The notes below the pieces were generated by a model that searched no databases, was not told the DNA's origin, and saw only the letters and a list, made by a program, of their open reading frames with translations. Shown one piece after another: positions 9,721 through 20,042 of a DNA stretch of 64,000 nt. The DNA comes from Dehalococcoidia bacterium. Its GTDB lineage: Bacteria; Chloroflexota; Dehalococcoidia; Lucifugimonadales; UBA3495. The translations under genes were made by a program, and so were the position numbers. Positions within the stretch are counted from its first letter, which is position 1. Each line of letters begins with the position of its first letter. The DNA lies in contig OZ250155.1 in assembly GCA_965237775.1 (NCBI GenBank), positions 17,084 to 81,083 on the forward strand, given 5' to 3'.

Positions 9721-11152
9721 GTAACTGTTCAGAGTTGAGGGGATGGATTAGTTAAAACTTGCTTGGGAAGTTCGGTGCGTCGGGTCGTCGGTTATGTTAA
9801 ATCAGGAGGATGGAGAACAAGGTAGACCTGAGGACGGCCAGCCGGGAGGCGCTGTTGGCGGTGATTGCGCGGCAGCAGGCGGTCATCGACGAGTTGCAGC
9901 GGCGGATAGCGGCGTTGGAAGGGGGTCTCAAGGGCAAAGGGCGGCCCGGAATGCCGGGCAACAAACCGGGTGCAAAGTCAGAGCCGGCCGAGAAGAAGGA
10001 GCCAAGAAAGCCCCGGCCCCACGGCTTTAGCCGTCGGCGCACGGTGGCGGCTCACCAGGTGGAACATGTCTTGGACTCCTGTCCGGAGTGTGGCACCGGG
10101 TTGGTTGGGGGTTGGCCGCAGCGGACTCGGGAAGTCATCGATATCCCAGTGGCTCCGGTGGAGGTCACGGAGCACGTTTTCGTGACCCGGGTCTGCCCAG
10201 TATGTGAACGGCGCCGGACCCCCAAGACGGACTTGGGCGGTGGGGTAATCGGTCGGGGACGGTTGGGAGCCAACTTGGTCTCATTGATCGCTGGCCTGCG
10301 GGAAGAGGGCCGGTTGCCCCTTCGGACCATCCAATGGTATCTGGAGACCGTCCACCAGTTGCGCTTGAGCGTTGGGGGAATCACCCAGGTCCTCCACGGC
10401 GTGGCCCGGCAAGCCCAACCGGCGGTGGCCGAGGTGCTGGAACTAGTCCGGACCAGCCAGGTGGTGCACGCCGACGAGACCGGCTGGCGCCAGGAGGGGG
10501 CCAATGGCTATGTCTGGACCTTCTCCACTCCCACTGAGCGGTACTTCCTGCGCCGAGGCCGGAATAAGGAGGTGGTGGACGAGGCGCTGGGGGAGTCCTT
10601 CAGCGGGGTGTTGGTCAGCGATTTCTACGCTGCCTATAACCACTACCCTGGCCTGAAGCAGCGGTGTTGGGCTCATCTGCTCCGGGACATCCATGACCTG
10701 AAGGCCCTCTACCCAGCAGACGCCAAGCTGGCCGGATGGGCGGCGGCAGTGCATGACCTCTACGCCCAGGCCAAGCGGTTCTCCCATCCTCAGGCAAGGA
10801 AACGCCGTCAGGCCCAACTGGAGTTGGAGCGGAAATTGTTGGCCTGCTGCCGACCCTTCCTTGATGACCCAGGGGCAGTCCAGGCCAAGCTCTGCCGGCG
10901 CATCCAGCGCTTCATCAAGGAGTTGTTCGTATTCGTAGCCGAACCGGCCGTCCCCTCGGAGAACAACGCCGCCGAGAGGAGCCTTCGTCACCTGGTGACC
11001 AGCCGCAAGATCAGCGGCGGCACCCGCTCAACCCAGGGCACCAACACCAAGATGGCTCTCGCTTCCCTCTTCGGTACCTGGCGCGCCCGAGGATTGAATC
11101 CCCTCACCGCATGCCGCCAGTTGCTCACTTCCCCTCAACTCTGAACACTTAC
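9721..11152 (+). mobile_element. IS66-family insertion sequence (single-ORF, ISBst12-like), 1432 bp
   Basis: The 23-bp terminal inverted repeats are GTAACTGTTCAGAGTTGAGGGGA (9721-9743) and tcccctcaactctgaacacttac (11130-11152), matching at 22 of 23 positions. They are flanked by an 8-bp direct repeat CTTCCATC at 9713-9720 and 11153-11160. Confidence 0.9.
9810..11144 (+). CDS. IS66-family transposase
   Basis: The 444-aa ORF has an N-terminal coiled coil, a zinc finger (CPECGTGL...CPVCERR), a DDE core (VVHADETGWRQEG) and the C-terminal motif NNAAERSLRHLVTSRKISGGTRS. Confidence 0.9.
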   Translation: MENKVDLRTASREALLAVIARQQAVIDELQRRIAALEGGLKGKGRPGMPGNKPGAKSEPAEKKEPRKPRPHGFSRRRTVAAHQVEHVLDSCPECGTGLVGGWPQRTREVIDIPVAPVEVTEHVFVTRVCPVCERRRTPKTDLGGGVIGRGRLGANLVSLIAGLREEGRLPLRTIQWYLETVHQLRLSVGGITQVLHGVARQAQPAVAEVLELVRTSQVVHADETGWRQEGANGYVWTFSTPTERYFLRRGRNKEVVDEALGESFSGVLVSDFYAAYNHYPGLKQRCWAHLLRDIHDLKALYPADAKLAGWAAAVHDLYAQAKRFSHPQARKRRQAQLELERKLLACCRPFLDDPGAVQAKLCRRIQRFIKELFVFVAEPAVPSENNAAERSLRHLVTSRKISGGTRSTQGTNTKMALASLFGTWRARGLNPLTACRQLLTSPQL

Positions 11153-11513
11153 CTTCCATCGGCTCAATCGACTGGATGTCAGGAAAGAACGGACGTAGCA
11201 ATGTACAAAGAGCTTCTGGTTTATCTGCGAATGGGAATAGGAAGTTGACGCATTGTACCTGTGAACTGCAAAGATGATTGCTCGGCTTGGCGGCTATTCC
11301 GTCGTGCCATTTGATTTTATTCTGCTCGAAATAGACTAACGCCTCAGCACGAATTTCGCTGAATAAGTTTTCCTCGGCACAGTCAACGGGTAAGCAGAAT
11401 GGGCGGAACTTGCCTCGGTATAGTCCTTCCGCCCTCGCGGCTTCTGCGAAGTAATCCGAAGCTTCCCTAAACAGGGATTGATGTCGTTTTTCTTGCTCTA
11501 AGTATCTTCCCAT
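11153..11513 (-). pseudogene. 5' part of the PD-(D/E)xK nuclease-like gene split by IS66
   Basis: The first 120 codons of ORF 11028..11513 (MGRYLEQEKRH...HLCSSQVQCVNFLFPFADKPE...IQSIEPME) belong to the native gene. The remainder of that ORF reads into the IS66 terminus. Confidence 0.7.
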
Positions 11514-12036
11514 TCCTTCTGCAGCCTCCTCGAAATAGCTCCTGCCTCAATCTCTGTATCAAGCTCAAAAGGAGTTTTGCCGTTCAATCCGCTGGTTCTG
11601 CCAATGCAGCATTCTTGCTGGGGCTGGGTTCTCCAAGGCGATGGTGTCTTTCTCCATTATGACATGTCCGCCAGGACTCAACCCTATCCACTCCATTCTC
11701 CAACCACAGAAATCAGTTCTTGTTCAGGCATTCCTGGAGAAACCTGCCGGCGAAAACCTCGGTGAAGGCGTTGATCCTGGGGGTCCCATGCCGACTGAAG
11801 TCCAGCTCCACGAAATGCTCAAGCCTACCTGGGCAAGCGGCTGACCGGGTTTATTCCCTATACTTGAAAAGGGAGCCGGATTCGTTGGCTGTATGGACCG
11901 GCTAGCTTTTTCCAGCAACCTCAGTTTCAGAGTTGAAGCCTCTCAAAAAAGAACCTTGACACCGCTCCAGGCAAAACTCAGAATCGCAAGGCATGAGTTA
12001 TCGCCTCGCCAATGGGGATATAGCCGATCTCCCAGT

Positions 12037-13983
12037 ATGAATAGCAGGAGCATCATGGACAACGTTGTTTCCTTAGACGACCTGTTCCACAAGAGGCTGT
12101 TCCGGGTACCCGACTATCAGCGTGGCTACTCTTGGGAACAACGGCAAGTCCGAGAGTTCCTTGAAGACCTGGAGCTGCTTACATTTGGTCGTTACCATTA
12201 CACAGGCACGGTTGTTCTCCACGAATCGCGTCCAGAAGACCAACGAATGGATAAAGATGGGAACGTTTATCTCCCCGTTGACATCGTTGATGGACAGCAG
12301 CGACTGACAACCATCGTCTTACTACTGGATGGGGTCCGCAGGTCGTTGGCTTCATTATCCGATTCGGCTCAAGGTCTCTCTCAAGGGATCTTAAGAAACT
12401 TCATCTCCACTGATGAGATGAACGGACAACGCCTGTTTAAGCTGTCTCTCAATGCGGACACAGACCATTTCTTTAAGGAGAGCATCCTCGCTGAACAGCC
12501 GGGCGTGGAGGGGCCACAGATCACTTCTGAGCGTAGACTAGCAGAGGCGAAGCAACAGATAGCCGACTATCTTTCGACGAACGTCCATCCACAGGAATGC
12601 GCCGGAGAAGAGTGGCTGCGGACTCTGTATGCGAAGCTCGCCACTCAACTCCGTTTCACTCTGTATCAGGTAGGAGATGAGGCCGAGGTTGGGGTCATTT
12701 TCGAAGTAATGAACGACCGAGGCAAGCCATTGACTGACTTGGAGAAGGTCAAGAATTATCTCCTTCACGTCTCCACATCGCTCGCCATTCCCAACGATCT
12801 CGCCAAGTCAGTCAATGGGGCTTGGGCAGAGATTCTCCGCCAGCTGATGTCTGCCCATCTCGTTTCAAGTGATGACGAAGACCAACTGCTACGGGCGCAT
12901 TGGCTGACGCACTACAACCCTCAGTCCAGGCAATGGGAGCGTAGCAGGAGCATAAAACGGAAGTTCGACCTTCGCGAGTTCAAAGACCGGCATGAAGAAC
13001 TCCTAAGCCACTTGCACACTTACGCCGAAGGTCTCAGGGCCTCATGCATTAGTTTCTGCGACGCTTATCAGCCAAACAGACCCGACGCTTTTGCATCGTT
13101 CAAGGCGAATCCCAAGGTCAGGTCACAGGTAGTTGATTGGAGCGCCAAACTGAGAAGAACTGGATTCGTTGCCACGTTTCTTCCCTTGCTTATGGCGGTG
13201 AGGCTGGGTTGGCCAAACGACCCTACTAAATACCTCGAAGTCCTGAAACTGTGTGAGGCTTTTGCTTTCCGGGTGTATCGATGGAATGAATATAGGTCCA
13301 ACGCTGGACAAGCACGACTGTTCCGCCTTGGCTATGACTTGGCGACGAAAAACCAGACGTTTGGCGATACGGTTGAGGCATTGAAGGCTGAGCTTGCTTA
13401 CTGGTGCAGCGTCGATGACTTCGAAGACGAAACTACTCCGGACAGCACCTTCAATTGGTATCGTTGGGCCGGACTGCGCTACTTCTTATATGAGTATGAA
13501 GTCGCCCTAGCGTCAGAACAAGGCGCTTCCCCTATTGCGACATGGGATGAAATTTGGAATCGAGACCTTCAGGACACCATCGAACATGTTCTACCTCAAA
13601 CGATTAGCGATCGGCCATATTGGGAAGGCAGGTTCACGACACAAGAACACCAACGATACGTTCACGACCTGGGGAATCTATCCCTTACAAAGCACAACTC
13701 GACCTACCAGAATAAACCGTTTCCTGAAAAGAAAGGCGCAGTCGACGCCGCCGGCCACTGCTATGCAAAGTCTCCCCTGTATTTGGAGAGGGAGTTGACA
13801 CAATGGTATGACTGGGATGCCGACACGATCGACGAACGCCGGCTTAAACTGTTGGAATGGGGGAAGAAAAGGTGGGCAGTCGATGCGAGTGACCCGCAAT
13901 ATGAAGGCCGTGCACAAGATTTGATAGACAACGAGCTTGACGAAGATGATGGACTTTTCGGCGATCACGACATCGTGGAATAG
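12037..13983 (+). CDS. GmrSD-like type IV restriction endonuclease (DUF262 N-terminal plus DUF1524 His-Me C-terminal domain)
   Basis: The DUF262 motifs are RVPDYQRGYSWEQRQV and IVDGQQRLTTIVLLL. The DUF1524-type motifs are TIEHVLPQT and VHDLGNLSLTKHNSTYQNKPF. I prefer the ATG at 12037 (or 12055) over the track start at 11893. Confidence 0.85.
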   Translation: MNSRSIMDNVVSLDDLFHKRLFRVPDYQRGYSWEQRQVREFLEDLELLTFGRYHYTGTVVLHESRPEDQRMDKDGNVYLPVDIVDGQQRLTTIVLLLDGVRRSLASLSDSAQGLSQGILRNFISTDEMNGQRLFKLSLNADTDHFFKESILAEQPGVEGPQITSERRLAEAKQQIADYLSTNVHPQECAGEEWLRTLYAKLATQLRFTLYQVGDEAEVGVIFEVMNDRGKPLTDLEKVKNYLLHVSTSLAIPNDLAKSVNGAWAEILRQLMSAHLVSSDDEDQLLRAHWLTHYNPQSRQWERSRSIKRKFDLREFKDRHEELLSHLHTYAEGLRASCISFCDAYQPNRPDAFASFKANPKVRSQVVDWSAKLRRTGFVATFLPLLMAVRLGWPNDPTKYLEVLKLCEAFAFRVYRWNEYRSNAGQARLFRLGYDLATKNQTFGDTVEALKAELAYWCSVDDFEDETTPDSTFNWYRWAGLRYFLYEYEVALASEQGASPIATWDEIWNRDLQDTIEHVLPQTISDRPYWEGRFTTQEHQRYVHDLGNLSLTKHNSTYQNKPFPEKKGAVDAAGHCYAKSPLYLERELTQWYDWDADTIDERRLKLLEWGKKRWAVDASDPQYEGRAQDLIDNELDEDDGLFGDHDIVE

Positions 13984-14329
13984 TGAACAAAGCCCGGCGC
14001 GATGCTATTGTCTCCGCACACCTAATAATTGACCATCATTGTAAGCTGGCCCGAGGCGAACTAAGGTAGGAACAAAACGTAGGAGAGGAGCGCGATGACC
14101 ATAGGACAACGGCTGCAGATGCAGACCCGGTCGATTCCCTCAGCTATAGCGTCTCCTAGTTACCACCATAGGGTAGCCGCCCTCGCTTCAAACCCACGCG
14201 CACGCAACCAGCGTTGCCATACGGTGGCCAGCGCATTGGACACCATCGAGCTTAGCTATCCATCACAGGCGCGCAAACTTCCCGTCAATTCAACTGCCGG
14301 TTAATCAAAGTCATCCACGAAGGACAATT

Positions 14330-15325
14330 ATGAGCATGCGTGCCCCACGAAATAGGACTTTGAGATGCACAATAGAGGAAGCCACTGCGCTGTCCACCCA
14401 TCTCCTCCAATTATCGCAGCCGGCGACAATTGGGTTGCTCAAAGGCCGCGTCATCAATCAAGACTTTCAGCTTGCCCGTCCCTTTCTCCCAGACGCTTTC
14501 GTGGACCTGTTGATTCTTGATCCACCCTACAATCTGACAAAAGATTTCAATGGAAATGTGTTTCGAGCCCAAGACGCAGAAGCTTATGCCTCCTGGTTTG
14601 ACGAACTCCTGTCATTTACAGTTCCGCTACTGCGTCACACGGCGACAGTTTACGTTTGCAGCGATTGGCAATCTTCGACGCTGATTTATCCCATTCTAAA
14701 CAGACATTTGCGAGTTAGGAACCGAATCACATGGGAGCGGGAAAAAGGACGAGGAGCGAAGGCCAATTGGAAAAACAACACCGAGGATATTTGGTTTTGT
14801 ACCGTCGGGGAGGAGTATACCTTCAACGTTGATTCTGTGAAGCTAAAGAGGCGGGTCCTTGCGCCATATCGTCGAGAGGACGGGAAACCAAAGGATTGGA
14901 ATGAGACCAACTTCGGGAAGTACAGACTCACACACCCATCTAACCTGTGGTCCGACATAACAATTCCCTTCTGGTCCATGCCTGAAAATACCGATCACCC
15001 CACGCAAAAGCCAGAAAAACTATTCGCCAAGTTAGTTCTTGCAAGTTCCAATCGTGAAGATTTCGTATTTGATCCATTTTTGGGGAGCGGAACAACAGCC
15101 GTGGTTGCTAAGAAGCTCCAACGAAATTACTGTGGCGTAGAACTAAACCGGGAGTATTCCTGCTGGGCCCTGAAGCGCCTAGAAAAAGCGGAGACTGACC
15201 CAAGCATTCAAGGATATCGGGATGGTGTATTTTGGGAGAGAAATAGCCTGAAGGACCAAAGGCCCTCTAGAGCAGAAATGTCGATGGAACCCATGATGGA
15301 GTTCTTTGATGGCCGATCCTCTTGA
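14330..15325 (+). CDS. Beta-class N6-adenine (or N4-cytosine) DNA methyltransferase
   Basis: Motif IV (LLILDPPYNL) precedes motif I (VFDPFLGSGTTAVVAKKLQRNYCGVELNREY), which is the beta-class order. Confidence 0.9.
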   Translation: MSMRAPRNRTLRCTIEEATALSTHLLQLSQPATIGLLKGRVINQDFQLARPFLPDAFVDLLILDPPYNLTKDFNGNVFRAQDAEAYASWFDELLSFTVPLLRHTATVYVCSDWQSSTLIYPILNRHLRVRNRITWEREKGRGAKANWKNNTEDIWFCTVGEEYTFNVDSVKLKRRVLAPYRREDGKPKDWNETNFGKYRLTHPSNLWSDITIPFWSMPENTDHPTQKPEKLFAKLVLASSNREDFVFDPFLGSGTTAVVAKKLQRNYCGVELNREYSCWALKRLEKAETDPSIQGYRDGVFWERNSLKDQRPSRAEMSMEPMMEFFDGRSS

Positions 15326-16466
15326 GTCTCTCCTCGAAGTCATCCATAGGAACGATGGGATAAATGATAAGGATCTTTTGACACAACTCGTTTCTGAGGA
15401 GTTTCGCCTGATCAGAGATCGGTCTGTCTTTTATTGTCGTGAATACGCGATTCGCTTCAGTTCGTCAGTTCGTCCTAATTTCGGGAATACCGTTCTCTCG
15501 TTATCTAATCTGCGTAAGTATGACGATCGTCCTTTTATCGTCTGTCTCGTCACTCCCGACAGAAACTTCTGTTTCATTGCGAACACGATCTTCTTGAAAA
15601 AAATAAGCCACAGCTCACATGAGCTCAGAGAGAACAATATCAGGGGAAGTTTCAATGGCTCCGATATCGTCAGAGCTTTTGAAGGAACCCCGAATTCCAG
15701 AGAGAACATCAGGCGACTGTATGACATCCATGCTGAAATCGGTTTCGAAGGCAACTTAGCGCGACTCGTGGAGGCGACGAACAACATCTCTCCATCTGGG
15801 AGCAAGTTCTTCGTGGGCGATGGCGCACGTCGGACTATACTTGAGGCTCCGGACAGAGCCATTCGTTTCGTCGCGTCTTCCGAAGCGTACACATTAAAAT
15901 CGGAACTCGACGACAAAGTCGAGAAATTCAAAAATGAGATTCTTTTGGCAGCCCTCATTGACAACGTTAATGTTCGTGGACGTGTAATAGAGTACCTGAT
16001 TGCTGGAGAAGACGAGGCGCTTCGTCAAAGTCTTATTTCCGCTCTGACATCAGACATTCCTGGCCTCCCTCAGTTCAGAACGGATAACAGCTTGGGGGAC
16101 TACCGAAGAGATTTCAACCTCTTTGACACGGAAACTGACGTCAAAACGAAGATAATGATCCTGAGCTCCAACCCCAAGGCATACAACTTGGACAAAATGC
16201 TGGAATTTCTTGCAAATTCCAGGTCCGTATTTATGCTCTATTTTGTTGGCATCCACCCTGGCAAGATCGTAAACACTGTCCTGGTATCCATGTTCCAGAG
16301 AGATCTGCTCAAGGCGACGATCCTCTTGAGACACTGGGCTGGACGAAACTCGCGAGGTGTATCCCAATTTGAAGGGAAAGCGATAAACGAGCTTATCGAG
16401 AATCCTGATTCACAAATTGACGATCAGGTTGCTCAAGAGTTTCTGGGCCGAGTTATCGCTCTGTGA
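15306..16466 (+). CDS. Putative cognate type II restriction endonuclease
   Basis: This 386-aa ORF overlaps the methyltransferase gene by 17-20 nt (an ATG lies at 15309) and has the same AT-richer composition. A possible PD-(D/E)xK-like stretch is NLFDTETDVKTKIMIL. I recognised no family. Confidence 0.5.
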   Translation: MMADPLESLLEVIHRNDGINDKDLLTQLVSEEFRLIRDRSVFYCREYAIRFSSSVRPNFGNTVLSLSNLRKYDDRPFIVCLVTPDRNFCFIANTIFLKKISHSSHELRENNIRGSFNGSDIVRAFEGTPNSRENIRRLYDIHAEIGFEGNLARLVEATNNISPSGSKFFVGDGARRTILEAPDRAIRFVASSEAYTLKSELDDKVEKFKNEILLAALIDNVNVRGRVIEYLIAGEDEALRQSLISALTSDIPGLPQFRTDNSLGDYRRDFNLFDTETDVKTKIMILSSNPKAYNLDKMLEFLANSRSVFMLYFVGIHPGKIVNTVLVSMFQRDLLKATILLRHWAGRNSRGVSQFEGKAINELIENPDSQIDDQVAQEFLGRVIAL

Positions 16467-17475
16467 GACATTGGAAGGCTGCCAGGGAACAGCAACAGAC
16501 CACCGAGCAAGTATTGATCCCGTTGAGTCGTCTAAAGCTCTGCTCCTCGCCCCACCGAAAAAATTGGCCTGTGGCCTTCGCCACTAGCTGTCCCTATTCG
16601 GTCCTAGCTACATCGGAATCGACCGCCCACGAGAGAGGTGCTCTTTGCGTAGACTGGGGGACTAGAGACCCGGGTGGAGTGTACGTGTCGTTGCATACAA
16701 CTTACGCTGCATCAAGGCCCACCAGAGTACCAGATATCCCAAACGAAAAGCCCCTGCTCGCAAGGCAGAGGCTCGGGAACCTCATCAATCGGGTGTAGCC
16801 GTAAAGACGGCCGCTTACACCGCCACCGGGAACCTGATGAGAAAAGTTCTTGATTTTATCCAGTTTGGTGGGCCTGACTGGACGGTAGGTGGTACCATCT
16901 TCGAGATGTGGCTGGGCCGCCTTTGAGCCCACCGAGGCCCTCTATCCAAAATTATGAGGGTGCGATGTTGGCCTCTGCAATATCACTGCGCCCCGGCCGA
17001 GTTCTTGGTCCTCCAATCGACAGAAAGAGGTACGGTTGTCATGGGCAGTAGATTTGGATGCAACTGGATAAAAGATTCTAGCTGACCGACAAATGGCTGT
17101 GCCACCACAGCTTTAATCATCGGTTCGAACTCCGAGACTCTACCAGCCGACACAAGCTCATTATCAGGAAGGGTCGGCTTGGTCATACCTTGGCAGACGA
17201 AGCGTCCAAACCACCTTCTAAGCTTAAACCCGAATCCACCGATGGGAGGCGTGAAGGCAGGGCAAATTGGGATGAGGGAGCCTACAAGGGAGAAAGCCTG
17301 GGCTCCATTGGGACCGATGTGACACCGCAGAGGGTTTTCAGTAGCCGCACCGGGCCTCGAGAGCGGTCTATGGAGGCTGGGAATCGCGTGATAGTGAGAC
17401 CGGACGCAACAGGATGCACTCGCGGACCGGGCGGACGCGAGTTTGGATGCGGTGGGTCGGTTGCGGATAGCGCCG

Positions 17476-18367
17476 TCAGGCTGGGAGTGGGATGGCTCGC
17501 AGTCGGGCCAGGGCGAGAGTGGCCTGCTCAGCCCAGGGCCAGCCCCGGGGAAGATGCAAAGTGAGTCTGCGCGCCGAGCGGGTAAGCCGTCCGGCCAGGG
17601 AGAAGAAGCGTCGCCGCAGGGTCTTGGTGGTCACCAGTTGCTCGCCCAGACCGATGCGTGCCGCCCAACGGGCCAGATTATGCGCCAGCGCCTGGACGGC
17701 CAGCCAGGCGGCGTTGGCGGCGAAACGGCCTGACGGGAGATGATTGAGTCCCACGCCGTACTTGAGGTCTCGGATGGCATTTTCGACCTCGGCGTGGCGG
17801 CGATGGTCGGCCTCCAGCTCCAGGGTATCCCCGTCCCGGTCGGTGATGAAGCCGTGATAGCTGTAGCTGGCGAAGAGGGCCAGCTGGGAACCGGGCGTGG
17901 GCTTCACCCGCCGGACGATGAGCCGCACCGGCGCGGCATCGGGCTTGCTCCTGAAGGGAGTGTAAGCGGTCTCGGCCACGTCGGCGGCGCCGTCCATCCA
18001 ATAAGGGATGGGCCTCCAGTCCGCCTCGGGTATGGCTTCAATAAGATTCAATGAGATTGCGCAGGCTATTGTGCTGGCGGATGGTGATGGAGAAGCGGAC
18101 CTTCGTCTTGCGACAGACGGCGACCACGGCGTGGGTGTAGAAGCCGCTGTCGGTCCGCACCGTGAGTTGCCCCTTGGCCCCAGCATGGCGCACCCGCCCC
18201 ACGGTCTCCCGCAGGAAGTGGGCGGCGCCCCGAGCGGTGTTGGCGCGGCCCTCGCGCAGCCGAGACATCAGCACGTCGCCGGTTCCGGCGGCCACGGCCA
18301 GCAGCGGGTGATAGCCTCGCTTGCCAGTGTAGCCATGGTGTCGCGCCCCCTCCTTGGCCAGCCCGTA
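17476..18367 (-). pseudogene. IS1380-family transposase, 3' portion (decayed)
   Basis: The portion contains YGLAKEGARHHGYTGKRGYHPLL, DSGFY and ADHRRHAEVENAIRDLKYGVGLNHLPSGRFAANAAWLAVQALAHNL. Its frame is broken by a 10-bp tandem duplication at 18039-18058. It is separated from its 5' part by an IS110 element. Confidence 0.75.
18039..18058. repeat. 10-bp imperfect tandem duplication (caataagatt / caatgagatt) that frameshifts the IS1380 transposase
   Basis: On the coding strand, AATCTCATTG|AATCTTATTG encodes NLIE twice. Removing one unit restores RNLIEAIPEADW. Confidence 0.8.
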
Positions 18368-20042
18368 GCAAAATTATGCCCTTGTCCGGCCTGTGCAGAG
18401 GCGACTAACCGGTGAGCCGGCTCAAGGATGTATGCTCGTGGCGAGGCGTGCCGTCCGGACGAAGACCGAGCAGACACTGGTGCGTATTGCCCGACCCGTA
18501 GCATGGTCTGGGAGCCTTACGACTGCATCATTGGTGACGCCCGGACCCGGGCGATCCCGTTGGGGAGAGTGGCTACGGTCCGTGGCTCCCTCCGGCGACA
18601 CGCCTACGCTGCAATGGTAGAGTCGATGATGAACAGACGCAAGAGCAACGCAGAACCGGAGGGGCTGTCCCAGCTGAACCTGAACGCGGCGGGCATTGAC
18701 GTGGGGGCCACCAGCCAGTTCGTGGCAGTTCCCTCCGACCGGGCGGAAGCGCCGGTGCGAGAGTTTGCCGCCTTCACGGCGGACCTGTACCGCTTGGCCG
18801 ACTGGCTGCTGGATTGCCGCGTGGACACCGTGGTCATGGAGTCCACCGGTGTGTACTGGATACCGCTGTTCGGGGTGCTGGAGGAGCGGGGATTCCAGGT
18901 GATGCTGGTAGATCCCAGACGCATCAAGAACGTGCCTGGCCGCAAGACCGACGTGCTGGATTGCCAGTGGCTGCAGCAGTTGCACACCTACGGCCTGCTG
19001 TCGGGAGCCTTCCGTCCCGGCGGGGACATCCGGCGCCTGCGCAGCTACCTGCGGCAGCGGGCCATGCTGGTGGAATACGCGTCCCAACATATCCAGCATA
19101 TGCAGAAGGCGCTGACCCAGATGAACGTGAAGCTGCAGCACGTGATCAGCGACATCGCCGGCAGGACCGGCACGGAAATCATCGAGGCCATCGTGGGTGG
19201 CCAACGGGATCCGGTGAAACTGGCGCAACTGCGCGACCCCAGGATCAAGGCCGACGAGGCCACCATCGCAAAGTCGTTGCGGGGCCATTGGCGGGCGGAG
19301 CACATCTTCGAGCTGACCCAAGCTCTGGAGCTGTACCGGGCGTACCAAGGCAAGATTGCCGAGTGCGACCGGGAGATTGAAGCCCAGCTGGAGCGGTTTG
19401 AGGACCGCAGTACCGGCGAACCTCCAGCGGCGAAGTCCGGCCGGAGGCGCATTAAAGGAAACGCACCCCGCTTCGATGTTTGGACGCACTTATATCGGAT
19501 GACGGGAGTGGACCTGACCCGGATCGACGGGGTGGAGGCGTACACGGCCCTGAAGGTCATTAGCGAGATTGGCGCCGACATGACGAAATGGCCCAGCGCC
19601 AAGCATTTCGCGTCCTGGCTGGGGCTGAGCCCCAACAACCGCATCACCGGTGGGCGGGTGATCAGCTCCAAGACCAAGCCCAGCGCCAACCGTGCCGCGG
19701 CGGCATTGCGTCTGGCAGCCAACGCGCTGCACCGCTCCGACAGTGCCCTGGGCGCCTTCCTGCGCCGGAAGAAAGCCCAACTGGGCGCGCCTAAAGCCAT
19801 CACCGCCACCGCCCACAAGCTGGCCAGGCTCATCTATTCCATGCTGCGGTACGGACAGGAGTACGTGGATGTTGGCGCGGAATACTACGAACGGCAGTAT
19901 CAGCAGCGGGCGTTGCGCTCGGCGAAGCAGCGGGCGGCACAACTGGGCTACCAGCTGGTGCCAATGTCCGACGCCGGGGAACGCACCACGGACGCACCTC
20001 CCGGCGCGCCAATCGCCGCGTGACGACGTGGGTTAGTGGGGA
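18368..20042 (+). mobile_element. IS110-family element nested in the IS1380 transposase gene (boundaries approximate)
   Basis: The IS1380 reading frame ...DLDSTICET (ending at 20043) resumes as YGLAKEG... at 18367. The intervening 1675 bp carries an IS110-type transposase, and I see no terminal inverted repeats, as expected for IS110. Confidence 0.75.
18614..20023 (+). CDS. IS110-family (DEDD) transposase
   Basis: The ORF contains AAGIDVGATSQFVAV, VVMESTGVYWIPL, RKTDVLDCQWLQQLH and the C-terminal segment GVDLTRIDGVEAYTALKVISEIGADMTKWPSAKHFASWLGLSPNNRITGG. I chose the internal ATG at 18614; the track ORF starts at 18428. Confidence 0.85.
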   Translation: MVESMMNRRKSNAEPEGLSQLNLNAAGIDVGATSQFVAVPSDRAEAPVREFAAFTADLYRLADWLLDCRVDTVVMESTGVYWIPLFGVLEERGFQVMLVDPRRIKNVPGRKTDVLDCQWLQQLHTYGLLSGAFRPGGDIRRLRSYLRQRAMLVEYASQHIQHMQKALTQMNVKLQHVISDIAGRTGTEIIEAIVGGQRDPVKLAQLRDPRIKADEATIAKSLRGHWRAEHIFELTQALELYRAYQGKIAECDREIEAQLERFEDRSTGEPPAAKSGRRRIKGNAPRFDVWTHLYRMTGVDLTRIDGVEAYTALKVISEIGADMTKWPSAKHFASWLGLSPNNRITGGRVISSKTKPSANRAAAALRLAANALHRSDSALGAFLRRKKAQLGAPKAITATAHKLARLIYSMLRYGQEYVDVGAEYYERQYQQRALRSAKQRAAQLGYQLVPMSDAGERTTDAPPGAPIAA

